From positions 813-64,812 of the IMG/VR virus record IMGVR_UViG_3300027917_000048: a stretch of 64,000 bases of DNA, one strand, 5' to 3'. A model generated the notes under the pieces. The model ran no database searches. It saw only the letters and a program-made list of their open reading frames with translations, and was not told the origin of the DNA. The translations under genes and the position numbers were made by a program. Each line of letters starts with the position of its first letter. The stretch's first letter is position 1. This DNA comes from a virus (lineage: Duplodnaviria; Caudoviricetes). Of this stretch, positions 54,296 through 63,203 are shown piece after piece.

Positions 54296-55026
54296 TTTTA
54301 TTATCAGCTTCCTCCATTAAAGACTTCATTGCTTGCGAAAGGAAGTATTGGTATCGTAGGTTTGCAAGTGATCTTGCAGAACCAAGTGAAGCTCTTATTA
54401 GGGGAAAAATTGTACACGAAATTATTGAAAAATATTGGGATAATGAAGAAGCTGGGTTTCTTTATTTATCAAGTCTAGTTGATAATACGTTTGATTCAGT
54501 AAAAGCACACAGGCATTTAGATTCTTTTTATAATAATTTTAGAAATCTTTGTGGGAAAGACGATTCTATAGAAGAAAGATTTAAAATAAATTATATTAAT
54601 GAGACAAATGAAAAAGTAAATGATGTAAAAATAATTGGAATGTTTGATAGAGTACTTCCAACTGGAGTTATATTTGATTGGAAAACTAATAGAAGTACTC
54701 CAAAGAGTTTAGACAATGATCCACAATTTCTTTTATACTATCATGCTTACCATACGTTGCACAATAAACCACCAGCATCTCTTTATTTTGCATCTCTTAC
54801 ATCTTCTAGGCTAGTGAGATTTAACTTCGATCCTTATAAACTAGATTTATTATTATATGAAATTATTCCAAATATGTTAAGAAATATTAGAGAGAAAATT
54901 TTTCCACCTTCTGGAATATTTAAATATAATACTTGTAGTTTTTGTCCATTTAAGGAACACTGTCATAAATATTTAAAATTGGAGAAACCAAATGAGTTGG
55001 ATAGTACGGAATTTAATTTTAGATAG
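54292..55026 (+). CDS. Cas4/AddB-like PD-(D/E)XK exonuclease with Fe-S Cys motif
   Basis: LSASSI...C, G..VH, G.FD, DWKT, Q...Y, CSFCPFKEHC. Confidence 0.85.
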   Translation: MILLSASSIKDFIACERKYWYRRFASDLAEPSEALIRGKIVHEIIEKYWDNEEAGFLYLSSLVDNTFDSVKAHRHLDSFYNNFRNLCGKDDSIEERFKINYINETNEKVNDVKIIGMFDRVLPTGVIFDWKTNRSTPKSLDNDPQFLLYYHAYHTLHNKPPASLYFASLTSSRLVRFNFDPYKLDLLLYEIIPNMLRNIREKIFPPSGIFKYNTCSFCPFKEHCHKYLKLEKPNELDSTEFNFR

Positions 55027-55507
55027 ATGGATAATAAACTCAAGATTACATGAGACTGTATATGATCCATATATGAAACTTCCTCTTATTTCTGAAGAAG
55101 CTGATGTAGATGATGCGTACCTTTTATATACAGATAATGATGATAAAGTAGGCGACGATATTGTATATACTTTTATGAACATAGAAGATGATGAATATAC
55201 TTTACTTAAACAGGTAGAAGAAAAAATAGAAGAATTAGTTAATAGCGGACAAATTTCCGAATTAGAATTAAAAGTTATACAAAAAGTATCAGATGGAAAC
55301 TCATATAAGGAGGTAGCTGAAATATTAAATATTAGCAGAATTTCTGTAAGAAAAATTTTTAGCACATCATGTAATAAAATTGCTTTTGCTTTGGGAGGAG
55401 TGTTTACAAATGAAGGATATGCAGAATATATAGCAGATAAACACGGTCTTTCAGACCAAAAGATAGAGGAAATGATGGAGCTATTGGAATCAAATAGGAG
55501 ATTATAA
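54992..55507 (+). CDS. Sigma70 region 4-like HTH transcription regulator
   Basis: ISELELKVI....G.SYKEVAEILNISRISV. Confidence 0.7.
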   Translation: MSWIVRNLILDRWIINSRLHETVYDPYMKLPLISEEADVDDAYLLYTDNDDKVGDDIVYTFMNIEDDEYTLLKQVEEKIEELVNSGQISELELKVIQKVSDGNSYKEVAEILNISRISVRKIFSTSCNKIAFALGGVFTNEGYAEYIADKHGLSDQKIEEMMELLESNRRL

Positions 55508-55513
55508 AATTTT

Positions 55514-56203
55514 ATGGCTAAAGAAAAATTAGTACTTCGTTGTATACATAGACACACTATAGAAGAACACCCAAAATGTTTTAAAAAAGGTCTGGTAAAA
55601 TACGATTTTAAAAGTGATAGAGATTGGGAAAAGAAAACAGGAGTACCTTGGTATCAATTTCCCGGTTATAAAATAGGATATTTTGATATTGAAACAGACA
55701 ACTTATTTGCTGATTTTGGTATTATGTTAACTTGGTGTTTGAAAGAAAAAGACGGAAAAATTTACCACGATCAAGTAACTAAAAAAGAATTGTTTAATGG
55801 AGAAAGTGATAAAAGAATTGTTAAAAGTTTATTAGATAAAATGAAAGAATATAAAATAGTTGTAGGATATAATTCAGATAGGTTTGATATTCCATTCCTA
55901 CGTGCAAGAGCAATGAGACATGGATTTGAATTTCCCGGTTATGGAGAATTATATACTTGGGATTTATATTGGACAGCTCGTTCCAAGTTACGACTAACTA
56001 GAAAAACTTTAGATAATGTATGCGATTTCTTAGGTATCGTTGGTAAAACCCCAATTAGTAAAGATGATTGGAGAGCTGCTAAATACGGAGATGAAAAGGC
56101 ACTAAAAACTGTGCTAGAACATAACAAAGGAGATGTTGAAATTTTAGAAGAATTACATAATAAAATAGAATTTACTAGAAAGTGGATAAGGAGAAGTGTA
56201 TAA
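55514..56203 (+). CDS. Stand-alone DEDD 3'-5' exonuclease (RNase_H_2/PolB-exo-like)
   Basis: FDIET, GYNSDRFDIPFL, HN..DV. Confidence 0.85.
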   Translation: MAKEKLVLRCIHRHTIEEHPKCFKKGLVKYDFKSDRDWEKKTGVPWYQFPGYKIGYFDIETDNLFADFGIMLTWCLKEKDGKIYHDQVTKKELFNGESDKRIVKSLLDKMKEYKIVVGYNSDRFDIPFLRARAMRHGFEFPGYGELYTWDLYWTARSKLRLTRKTLDNVCDFLGIVGKTPISKDDWRAAKYGDEKALKTVLEHNKGDVEILEELHNKIEFTRKWIRRSV

Positions 56204-56502
56204 TGTCAAATAGCCTAGAAAAAGAATTTGAAAGTCATAACGCTTTTACTTATATCACAGAAATGTCTCTAAAAAAAGAAGAGAATGGAAAATGGTACGT
56301 AAAACAAATAATCACACAAAGTTACAGTGATGATTTAAAGTCTTGGGAGAAAGTCAGTACCGAATTCGAGGCTAAAAGTTTTAGTTTAGAAAAAGCAATT
56401 GCAGAAGTATCCGTACTTTCTACTCTTTATTTACAGGCTGTTGATTATAATTTATTTTCAGAATCCGATTTAGAACTTGAGGAAGGAGATTATCTACAGT
56501 AA
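56203..56502 (+). CDS. Hypothetical protein
   Basis: TAATG-coupled ORF (MSNSLEK). Confidence 0.55.
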   Translation: MSNSLEKEFESHNAFTYITEMSLKKEENGKWYVKQIITQSYSDDLKSWEKVSTEFEAKSFSLEKAIAEVSVLSTLYLQAVDYNLFSESDLELEEGDYLQ

Positions 56503-57098
56503 TGGCTATAATCCGTACTGATAAACAGCTCAGAGAAAGACCAGAACATGATTTTTATCCTACACCACATGGTCTTGCTAGGGAAGCTCTTAAATTAATT
56601 TACCCTTGGGGTATAGGAGAAATAGTAGTAGACCCCGGAGCTGGTGAAGGTAATTGGGGTAAGGTACTTAGAGAATTTACTAGCAAACCATATTTAGTTG
56701 GCATTGATTTAGATTTTAAAGAAAAACCTTACGGATATGATGATTGGCGTTTTGAGGATTTCTCAGATACAAACTTGTTTTATGCTGATACTATTATTGG
56801 AAATCCTCCGTATAAACAGGCTGAGATGTTTGTCAGGAAAGGTTTGAATATGCTTAAGCCCGGAGGTTATCAACTCTTTCTACTTAGAATTGCTTTTCTT
56901 GCTGGACAAAAAAGAGGAGATGGTTTATGGAAAGAACATCCACCTTGGAAAGTTTGGACTTGTTCTAGACGACCAAGTTTTACACCGGGAGATAGAAGAA
57001 CAGGAGATACAGATTTTGCTATCTTTCTGTGGAAGAAAGGACATCAAGGAACATTTGAGGGAGATTGGTTATCTTGGGAGTATGATGAAGATGAATAA
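56502..57098 (+). CDS. DNA amino (N6-adenine-type) methyltransferase
   Basis: DFYPTP, DPGAGEG SAM motif, IGNPPY catalytic motif. Confidence 0.85.
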   Translation: MAIIRTDKQLRERPEHDFYPTPHGLAREALKLIYPWGIGEIVVDPGAGEGNWGKVLREFTSKPYLVGIDLDFKEKPYGYDDWRFEDFSDTNLFYADTIIGNPPYKQAEMFVRKGLNMLKPGGYQLFLLRIAFLAGQKRGDGLWKEHPPWKVWTCSRRPSFTPGDRRTGDTDFAIFLWKKGHQGTFEGDWLSWEYDEDE

Positions 57099-57294
57099 AA
57101 TAATCATTTCTAGAATACCTAATTTAAATGTTTTAATTATAAAATTAGTACCGGGAAGTAGATTTTTTATTTCAACTAAAGACAGCTTTATTATTAGTAT
57201 TCCCAATTTATCTGCTCTAATAAAGCACTTAATAAAAGGAGGCTTTATAAGTATAAAAGTTTTAGAAGGAATAATATCTGAATTAAAGGAGTAA
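57091..57294 (+). CDS. Hypothetical protein (67 aa)
   Basis: MNKIIISRIPNL...; 3' part of track ORF 56890..57294. Confidence 0.5.
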   Translation: MNKIIISRIPNLNVLIIKLVPGSRFFISTKDSFIISIPNLSALIKHLIKGGFISIKVLEGIISELKE

Positions 57295-57296
57295 GT

Positions 57297-57929
57297 ATGC
57301 TAAAAAGGATAAAGTTTAAGAAACAAAAACCAGAAATAAATGAATGGCTTTTTCCTAAAACTACTACTATATTAGTTTCTGGAAAAGCTGGGGTAGGTAA
57401 GACAACAGTAGCTAATAATCTACGTAATTATTTAGATGCTGAACAAATAACTCCATACGCTTTAGTAGTTCCTTTTGCTTTGGGAGTAAAAGAAGTAGCT
57501 AAATCTATGGGTTGGGATTCAAAAAAAGATACAAGAGGAAGAAAATTATTACAAGATATTGGAAACTTAGGAAGAGAATATAATGAAAATGCTTGGGTAG
57601 ATTATCTTATGGATTATATAGGAAACAATCTACCACAAGAAATGATTGATATAATAATAATTGATGATTGGAGGTTTCCAAATGAATCTGATTATTTTTT
57701 GAATAGACCTGAATTATATACAACATTTATGATTAATGTTCAATCTCCCAAAAGGGAGGTATTAAAGGGTACTAGCTATTACAAGGATGTTTCTGAAACT
57801 TCTTTAGACGGCTATAATAAGTTTAATTATATTATAGAAAATCACGGAACATTAGAAGATTTAGAAACAAAATCGGTCAATGTCTTATATGACATTATAG
57901 AAGAATCTAAGAAAGGAGGTAAACCATGA
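57297..57929 (+). CDS. Deoxynucleoside monophosphate kinase
   Basis: SGKAGVGKTT, FA..VK, R.LLQ.IG..GR, IDDWRFPNE, SE..LD. Confidence 0.8.
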   Translation: MLKRIKFKKQKPEINEWLFPKTTTILVSGKAGVGKTTVANNLRNYLDAEQITPYALVVPFALGVKEVAKSMGWDSKKDTRGRKLLQDIGNLGREYNENAWVDYLMDYIGNNLPQEMIDIIIIDDWRFPNESDYFLNRPELYTTFMINVQSPKREVLKGTSYYKDVSETSLDGYNKFNYIIENHGTLEDLETKSVNVLYDIIEESKKGGKP

Positions 57930-58234
57930 CACCAGAACAATTAGTACAACTGGTTGCAGTACTTTTGTCCCTGTTAGTAGCATACATTCCCGGCTTTTCT
58001 AAGTGGTTTGATGGACTATCTTTGTCAAAGAAACTACTTTTACAGGCTGGACTTTTGGCTCTAACGGTGGCTGTAATGTACGGTCTATCTTGTTTAGGTC
58101 TATATGCTGTCTTTGCTTGTACTTGGGCAGGAGTTTGGGCAGCTGTAGTTCTTTGGGCAAAAGCATTGTTACTAAATCAGGGTATTTATCAGACATTGGT
58201 ACGTTTGCCAAAGAAAGCTTTAGGAAGAGAATAA
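57926..58234 (+). CDS. Holin-like 3-TM membrane protein
   Basis: LLSLLVAYIPGFSKWF, further TM helices, NQGIY. Confidence 0.55.
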   Translation: MTPEQLVQLVAVLLSLLVAYIPGFSKWFDGLSLSKKLLLQAGLLALTVAVMYGLSCLGLYAVFACTWAGVWAAVVLWAKALLLNQGIYQTLVRLPKKALGRE

Positions 58235-58243
58235 CTTATAGTA

Positions 58244-58305
58244 TTGGGGGTAGTACAAGCCGCATTCCTGTATGATGGAAGTGACCCTTATTAGACTACC
58301 CCCAA
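58244..58305 (+). ncRNA. Candidate structured leader RNA upstream of GMP reductase-like gene
   Basis: 11-bp perfect stem TTGGGGGTAGT/ACTACCCCCAA enclosing an inner TTCC/GGAA hairpin; no U-tract; abuts the RBS. Confidence 0.35.
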
Positions 58306-58317
58306 GAAAGGATTAAT

Positions 58318-59286
58318 ATGAAAGGATTGGATTTTGATGATATTCTACTATTACCAAGAGGATCAACAGTAAACTCTAGAGATAGTGCAGATATATCGGT
58401 ACAATTGGGAGAGGATTTAACTTTAGATATACCCATCATAGCATCGCCAATGAAGGGAATAGTTAGTGTTGGCTTAATAAAAGAAATGGATAAATTGGGT
58501 GGAATAGGAATTTTACATAAATTTTATGATGATTGGGAACAGTGGAATGAGGATTTAGTCTCATTAAAGAATGTAAAATTTGGAGCAGCTATTGGATTAA
58601 ATGAGGGTTCTAAATCTCAAGTTGCTATTAATCATGGTGCTAAAATTCTATGTATAGATGTAGCTAATGGTTATTTAGAAACTGTTTTGAGATTTACGGA
58701 AAAAGTATCTGCTTATATTGCTAATGGTAACTTTGATACTTTACTTATGGTTGGAAATATAGTAACAGCAGACGGAGCTAGAAACCTATCTTTAGCTGGT
58801 GCTGATCTAATTAGGGTTGGTATAGGCTCTGGAAACCTATGTACTACTAGAAATGTAACCGGAGTTGGTATGCCACAATTGACAGCTATAAAAAATACCA
58901 GCTCTATAAATGATAAATATAATACCCTTCCTAGATTTATAGCAGATGGAGGTATCCGCAATTCGGGAGATGCTGTGAAAGCACTTGTCTTTGGTGCTGA
59001 TGCAGTTATGCTTGGCTCTCTATTAGCTACTACCTATGAGTCAGCTAACAACGGCATCATATATGGCATGGCTAGTAGACGTATGCAGGATGAATACTAT
59101 CACGGTATCAAGTCAGTTGAGGGGATAGAACAATCGGTTACACCTGTTCGCCCTCTTGCAGAATTTATTGATGAATTCACTTATGGTATCAAATCAGCTT
59201 GCACATACCTCAATGCACCCAATCTTAGAAGATTAAGAAATGCCAATTATGTAGAGGTTAGTCATAATTCAATCAAGAAACTTTAA
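58318..59286 (+). CDS. guaC: GMP reductase / IMP dehydrogenase family (no CBS domain)
   Basis: LDFDDILLLP, IDVANG, GIGSGNLCTTR, ADGGI, YGMAS, VEG; lacks the IMPDH flap Arg-Tyr dyad. Confidence 0.75.
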   Translation: MKGLDFDDILLLPRGSTVNSRDSADISVQLGEDLTLDIPIIASPMKGIVSVGLIKEMDKLGGIGILHKFYDDWEQWNEDLVSLKNVKFGAAIGLNEGSKSQVAINHGAKILCIDVANGYLETVLRFTEKVSAYIANGNFDTLLMVGNIVTADGARNLSLAGADLIRVGIGSGNLCTTRNVTGVGMPQLTAIKNTSSINDKYNTLPRFIADGGIRNSGDAVKALVFGADAVMLGSLLATTYESANNGIIYGMASRRMQDEYYHGIKSVEGIEQSVTPVRPLAEFIDEFTYGIKSACTYLNAPNLRRLRNANYVEVSHNSIKKL

Positions 59287-59325
59287 TGTTATATTAATCT
59301 TATTTTAATGTTTATGTGGTATATT
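59284..59325 (+). promoter_or_regulatory. 11-bp-period direct repeats plus extended -10
   Basis: TAATGTT/TAATCTT/TAATGTT at 59284, 59295 and 59306, then TGTGGTATATT. Confidence 0.5.
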
Positions 59326-59331
59326 TAACAC

Positions 59332-59892
59332 ATGAAGGTACTAGTTGCTTGTGAATTTAGCGGAATAGTGAGGGATGCCTTTAGCAAAAAGGGACATTAT
59401 TCTATGTCCTGTGATTTTCTAGACACTGAGAGAGAAGGCAATCATTATAAAGGAGATGTCCGAGACATTATAAACGATGGTTGGGACATGATGATTGCCT
59501 TCCCTCCCTGTACCCATTTAGCTTCAAGTGGTGCTAGATGGTTCAAATACAAACAGAAAGAACAAAAAGAAGCTCTTGATTTTGTAAGACTATTGTTAGA
59601 TGCACCTATCAAGAAAATAGCACTAGAAAATCCAGTAGGAGTGATCAGTACTAAGATAAGGAAACCAGATCAGATTATTCAGCCTTGGCAGTTTGGACAT
59701 GACGCAAGTAAGCGTACTTGTTTGTGGCTAAAGAACCTACCGCTATTAGCTCCCACAAATATTATTATAAAAGAAAGGTATGCTAATCAGACTCCTAGCG
59801 GACAGAATAAATTAGGACCTTCACCAGATAGAAGTAAACTTAGAAGTATTACTTATCAAGGAATAGCTGATGCAATGGCAGAACAATGGTAA
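59332..59892 (+). CDS. Phage DNA cytosine-C5 methyltransferase-like protein
   Basis: VLVACEFSG, AFPPCT, ENPVG, QPWQFG, K.TCLWL, RS.T..GIA.AMA.QW. Confidence 0.85.
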   Translation: MKVLVACEFSGIVRDAFSKKGHYSMSCDFLDTEREGNHYKGDVRDIINDGWDMMIAFPPCTHLASSGARWFKYKQKEQKEALDFVRLLLDAPIKKIALENPVGVISTKIRKPDQIIQPWQFGHDASKRTCLWLKNLPLLAPTNIIIKERYANQTPSGQNKLGPSPDRSKLRSITYQGIADAMAEQW

Positions 59893-59894
59893 TT

Positions 59895-59967
59895 GTCCTA
59901 GTAGCTTAATGGATAAAGCAACGGTCTTCTAAACCGTAGACTATAGGTTCGAGTCCTATCTAGGACG
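59895..59967 (+). tRNA. tRNA-Arg (TCT)
   Basis: Acceptor GTCCTAG/CTAGGAC, anticodon arm ACGGT-CTTCTAA-ACCGT, T-arm ATAGG-TTCGAGT-CCTAT. Confidence 0.92.
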
Positions 59968-59981
59968 CAAAGGAAAGGAAA

Positions 59982-60302
59982 ATGAAACCACTAAAAGAAA
60001 TAAAGAACAAGAAAAGGTTTGTTATCAGAACCATTAGAAATGGAAAAGTAAAAATTTTTGGGTATTGGTTTAAACCAAGAGAGGAGTATAATGGAGAATT
60101 AGACGGACAAAGATGGGCATTTGGGATTTATCGTTCTGGAAATTTAATGTTAGGTATTGTTTATCTTTGGGGTACAGAAGAATTATATAATTCTATAGAC
60201 GATTTAGATCAGTACACAGCATTATATAAATCGTTACCAAATTTAAAAAATGGATTTTTTCATTGGAGTTGGTGGGATGTTATTGAACAGGAGATAGAAT
60301 GA
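59982..60302 (+). CDS. Hypothetical protein
   Basis: 106-aa ORF with RBS. Confidence 0.55.
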   Translation: MKPLKEIKNKKRFVIRTIRNGKVKIFGYWFKPREEYNGELDGQRWAFGIYRSGNLMLGIVYLWGTEELYNSIDDLDQYTALYKSLPNLKNGFFHWSWWDVIEQEIE

Positions 60303-60430
60303 AAATCGTGGAATACCTTATTATAGGAATATTAATACTTACTTTACCTGCACAATGGTTAGCTTTGAAAATTTCAGATTTTATTTTATGGATACAATTA
60401 TTAATTAAAAGGAGATGGAATGGAAGCTAA
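60299..60430 (+). CDS. Small hydrophobic protein (43 aa)
   Basis: MKIVEYLIIGILILTLPAQWL...; ATGA overlap. Confidence 0.4.
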   Translation: MKIVEYLIIGILILTLPAQWLALKISDFILWIQLLIKRRWNGS

Positions 60431-60608
60431 GGATGAAATTTTAGCAGAGGAAATAAGAACAAAGATAGACGAATTAAACCATCTTATACACGAGTCTATT
60501 AGAGATAGAGGGTTACGAGTTGATATGGAAATAAATGAGTTTTTTATAGCAGGATATAGAGAAAGATTAACACAAATAGATTGTAGAATTTATAAGGAGG
60601 TGCTATAA
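60420..60608 (+). CDS. Hypothetical protein
   Basis: 62-aa ORF with AAGGAG RBS. Confidence 0.55.
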   Translation: MEAKDEILAEEIRTKIDELNHLIHESIRDRGLRVDMEINEFFIAGYRERLTQIDCRIYKEVL

Positions 60609-61609
60609 TGTACAAAGAAGTTTTAAATGCTAAGAATTTTGGTAAAGAAGAGTTATTAGAAAGACCAAATGTAGTTGGCGTAGCTGTTGGTAAAAAAGTC
60701 ACAGATGGGGAAACTACAGATGATCTTAGCGTGGTTGTATTAGTAGAAAAGAAATTAACTCCCAATGCTTTAACAGAATTAGATTTAGTTCCTCAGTCTG
60801 TTTTGGGAGTGCCCACTGATGTTGTTGAAGTAGGTAAGTTAGAAGCTTTAGTTGATCGTAAAGCACGACATAGACCAGCACCCGGAGGAGTAAGCATAGG
60901 TCACTTTGCTATTACTGCTGGTACTTTAGGAGCTGTTGTATTGGATGCCATTACTGGAGAAAGGGTTATTCTTTCTAATAACCATGTGCTTGCTAATAGT
61001 AATGATGCCATGATAGGAGATACCATTATTCAGCCGGGTTATTATGACGGTGGTAGAACAAGTACAGACACTATTGGTTATTTATTGAGATTTAAAGAAA
61101 TTGATTTTGGCGAAGAACCTGCTGACTGTCCTATTGCAGAAGGTAGTGCTAAAGTATTAAATTCAGTAGCTAAGTTTGTAGGCTCTAAGCATCGTTTGAG
61201 TGCAGCTAGGATTCAAGCAGGTGCTGTAAACTATGTTGATGCCGCATTAGCACAGCCAATTAATGATGGTGCTATATCAAATGAGATTTTGGACATTGGT
61301 GTAATTGATGGTACAGTCTCTCCATATATTGGTATGTTTATTCGCAAGTCGGGCAGGACTACCGGATATACTCATGGTAGCGTATTAATGTTACATGGTA
61401 CAGTTAATGTTAGTTATGGTGGAGATAGGATGGCTAGATTTGAAGAACAAATTATTGCCGGAGCTATGTCTGCTGGTGGAGACTCTGGATCGTTAGGAGT
61501 TGCTGAAGAAGAAAATAAAGCTTTTGGTTTGTTATATGCAGGTTCATCTCAAGCTACTATTTTTAATCCTATTGATAAAGTTATTGAAGCTCTAACAATT
61601 AAATTCTAA
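60608..61609 (+). CDS. Trypsin-like serine protease (Nal1-like)
   Basis: NVVGVAVG prodomain, GTLG, SNNHV (His), VDAA (Asp), K.GRTTG.T.G, GDSGS (Ser). Confidence 0.85.
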   Translation: MYKEVLNAKNFGKEELLERPNVVGVAVGKKVTDGETTDDLSVVVLVEKKLTPNALTELDLVPQSVLGVPTDVVEVGKLEALVDRKARHRPAPGGVSIGHFAITAGTLGAVVLDAITGERVILSNNHVLANSNDAMIGDTIIQPGYYDGGRTSTDTIGYLLRFKEIDFGEEPADCPIAEGSAKVLNSVAKFVGSKHRLSAARIQAGAVNYVDAALAQPINDGAISNEILDIGVIDGTVSPYIGMFIRKSGRTTGYTHGSVLMLHGTVNVSYGGDRMARFEEQIIAGAMSAGGDSGSLGVAEEENKAFGLLYAGSSQATIFNPIDKVIEALTIKF

Positions 61610-61617
61610 AAGGAGAA

Positions 61618-61845
61618 ATGAAAATGGATACATGGATTGGAGATTGGATAGAGGATAAAAATAAATTAAAAGATTTGACAGAACAGCGTGCTGTAGAAGA
61701 TGTTTGGGCTATGCACTATAGCCCTGATTATACAGATAGAGAAATGAAATATGCTATGAAAGTAGCATCTAAACATCTTGGTTTAGATTCAATAGAGTTT
61801 ATCGCATTACTACAAGTTAATTACAATGCCTATAAAGTGTCCTAG
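61618..61845 (+). CDS. Hypothetical protein
   Basis: 75-aa ORF. Confidence 0.5.
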   Translation: MKMDTWIGDWIEDKNKLKDLTEQRAVEDVWAMHYSPDYTDREMKYAMKVASKHLGLDSIEFIALLQVNYNAYKVS

Positions 61846-62014
61846 ATGTAAAGGCTGTGGTGTCTATAAAACAATAGACAATAAGATATATATAGCTTGT
61901 GGTTTTTGTCAAAAATATTATCATATAAAACCCGGAGGAAATTATGAAGTGTCCGATAGATCGTGGGATACTAAAAGAGATAACAGTGTACGGAGAAACG
62001 TACCTGATGTGTAG
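61826..62014 (+). CDS. Small zinc-ribbon protein
   Basis: CPRC...CGFC. Confidence 0.5.
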   Translation: MPIKCPRCKGCGVYKTIDNKIYIACGFCQKYYHIKPGGNYEVSDRSWDTKRDNSVRRNVPDV

Positions 62015-62180
62015 GGACTGTCAAGAATCTGGAGAGAATACTTATTGGAAATTTCCAGAAGATAGTGAGAGTTATTTTGCAATAGAGAGAATAGAAGATA
62101 TTGTAGAATATAAAAATGAAATAAGGAGAAAGTCTTTAAAGAAATACTATAATGTTACTGATGTAGAAGATGAAGATTAA
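61944..62180 (+). CDS. Small zinc-ribbon protein
   Basis: CPxD...CRDC; GGAGG RBS. Confidence 0.5.
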   Translation: MKCPIDRGILKEITVYGETYLMCRDCQESGENTYWKFPEDSESYFAIERIEDIVEYKNEIRRKSLKKYYNVTDVEDED

Positions 62181-62349
62181 GAATAGAAATAGAAATAAAA
62201 GAAAAAATCCAAGAGACAGGATGCAAGTTGATAATAGAAACATCTTTCAACTTGAACGTATCAAAAGAAAAAGAATAGATCAGATAAGGAAAAAACAAAG
62301 GAAACAAAAAGATGAAAGAGTCTCTGCTGGAGAAATTGATTGGGAATGA
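62170..62349 (+). CDS. Small basic protein (59 aa), not in ORF track
   Basis: MKIKNRNRNKRKNPRDRM...; fills the gap before the primase. Confidence 0.45.
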   Translation: MKIKNRNRNKRKNPRDRMQVDNRNIFQLERIKRKRIDQIRKKQRKQKDERVSAGEIDWE

Positions 62350-63190
62350 GTTTCATGTTGTTGGGGACGGCAGATGGGCAACTACAGAGGAACACGACTC
62401 CCTTGTAATTGACAGGGAGCGTGACCTTTTTTTCTGGAATAGCAAATCTATTTATGGTAATGCCATTGATTGGCTTACTAGAATAAAGGGATATTCTTAT
62501 TCTAAAGCTATTAGCTCTCTAGATAATGTGGATAGAATAGTATTATCATCTATGATAGAAGAAAGAATTTCTGAGGAAGATATACCTATTCATCCAGAGT
62601 TGGTAGAATTATTCTGGCAGGATGGTAAAAAAGAAAGAGAATATTGGTATAGTAGAAAACTAACAGATGAAACTATCGATCTATATAAATTAGGATACCA
62701 CAATGGGTGGTACACTTTGCCAATTTTTATTAATGGTTATTTCAAAAATTTTCAAATGCGTAAAGATAAACCAACCAAAAGAATTTTACCCTACTATAGA
62801 GGAGTAGGTCCGCTATTAGTCAATGCCGATATTTTAAATTATGTGGAATGTGTAGCAATAACTGAAGGACCAGTAGATGCTCTTTTACTTACACAAGAGG
62901 GTTTTCCAGCCATCAGTCATACAGGAGGTTCTCATGGTTGGAAGAAAGAATGGTATAAGTATTTTATATATCAAAAAGATATTTTTGTAATTGCAGATAA
63001 TGATGCAGCTGGAAAGAATGGTGCAAAGAAAATTGCAGAACAATTGGGCGTATATAAAGTAAAGATACTTATGTTTGATGACAAACCAGAAAGATATGAT
63101 ACAGTAGACTTCTTTAAAGATGGAAACACTATTGACAAATTTAAAGAAATGTTGTATAATAACTCTAAGTATGTATTTGAATTAGGATAA
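62312..63190 (+). CDS. DNA primase (TOPRIM)
   Basis: G.AIDW, ITEGPVDAL, ADND.AG..GA, D..D. Confidence 0.85.
   Translation: MKESLLEKLIGNEFHVVGDGRWATTEEHDSLVIDRERDLFFWNSKSIYGNAIDWLTRIKGYSYSKAISSLDNVDRIVLSSMIEERISEEDIPIHPELVELFWQDGKKEREYWYSRKLTDETIDLYKLGYHNGWYTLPIFINGYFKNFQMRKDKPTKRILPYYRGVGPLLVNADILNYVECVAITEGPVDALLLTQEGFPAISHTGGSHGWKKEWYKYFIYQKDIFVIADNDAAGKNGAKKIAEQLGVYKVKILMFDDKPERYDTVDFFKDGNTIDKFKEMLYNNSKYVFELG
63132..63160 (+). promoter_or_regulatory. Consensus sigma70 promoter
   Basis: TTGACA-17-TATAAT inside the 3' end of the primase gene. Confidence 0.75.
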
Positions 63191-63203
63191 AGAATGGTGA
63201 GTA

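Noticed and set aside
54292-55026. CRISPR-Cas system (Cas4-like gene)
   Set aside because: No repeat-spacer array or other cas genes; stand-alone Cas4-like nucleases are common in phage recombination modules.
59895-59967. Possible amber suppressor tRNA (CTA within loop CTTCTAA) and genome recoding
   Set aside because: The centred anticodon is TCT (Arg); TAG, TGA and TAA all end genes normally and long ORFs are intact in code 11.
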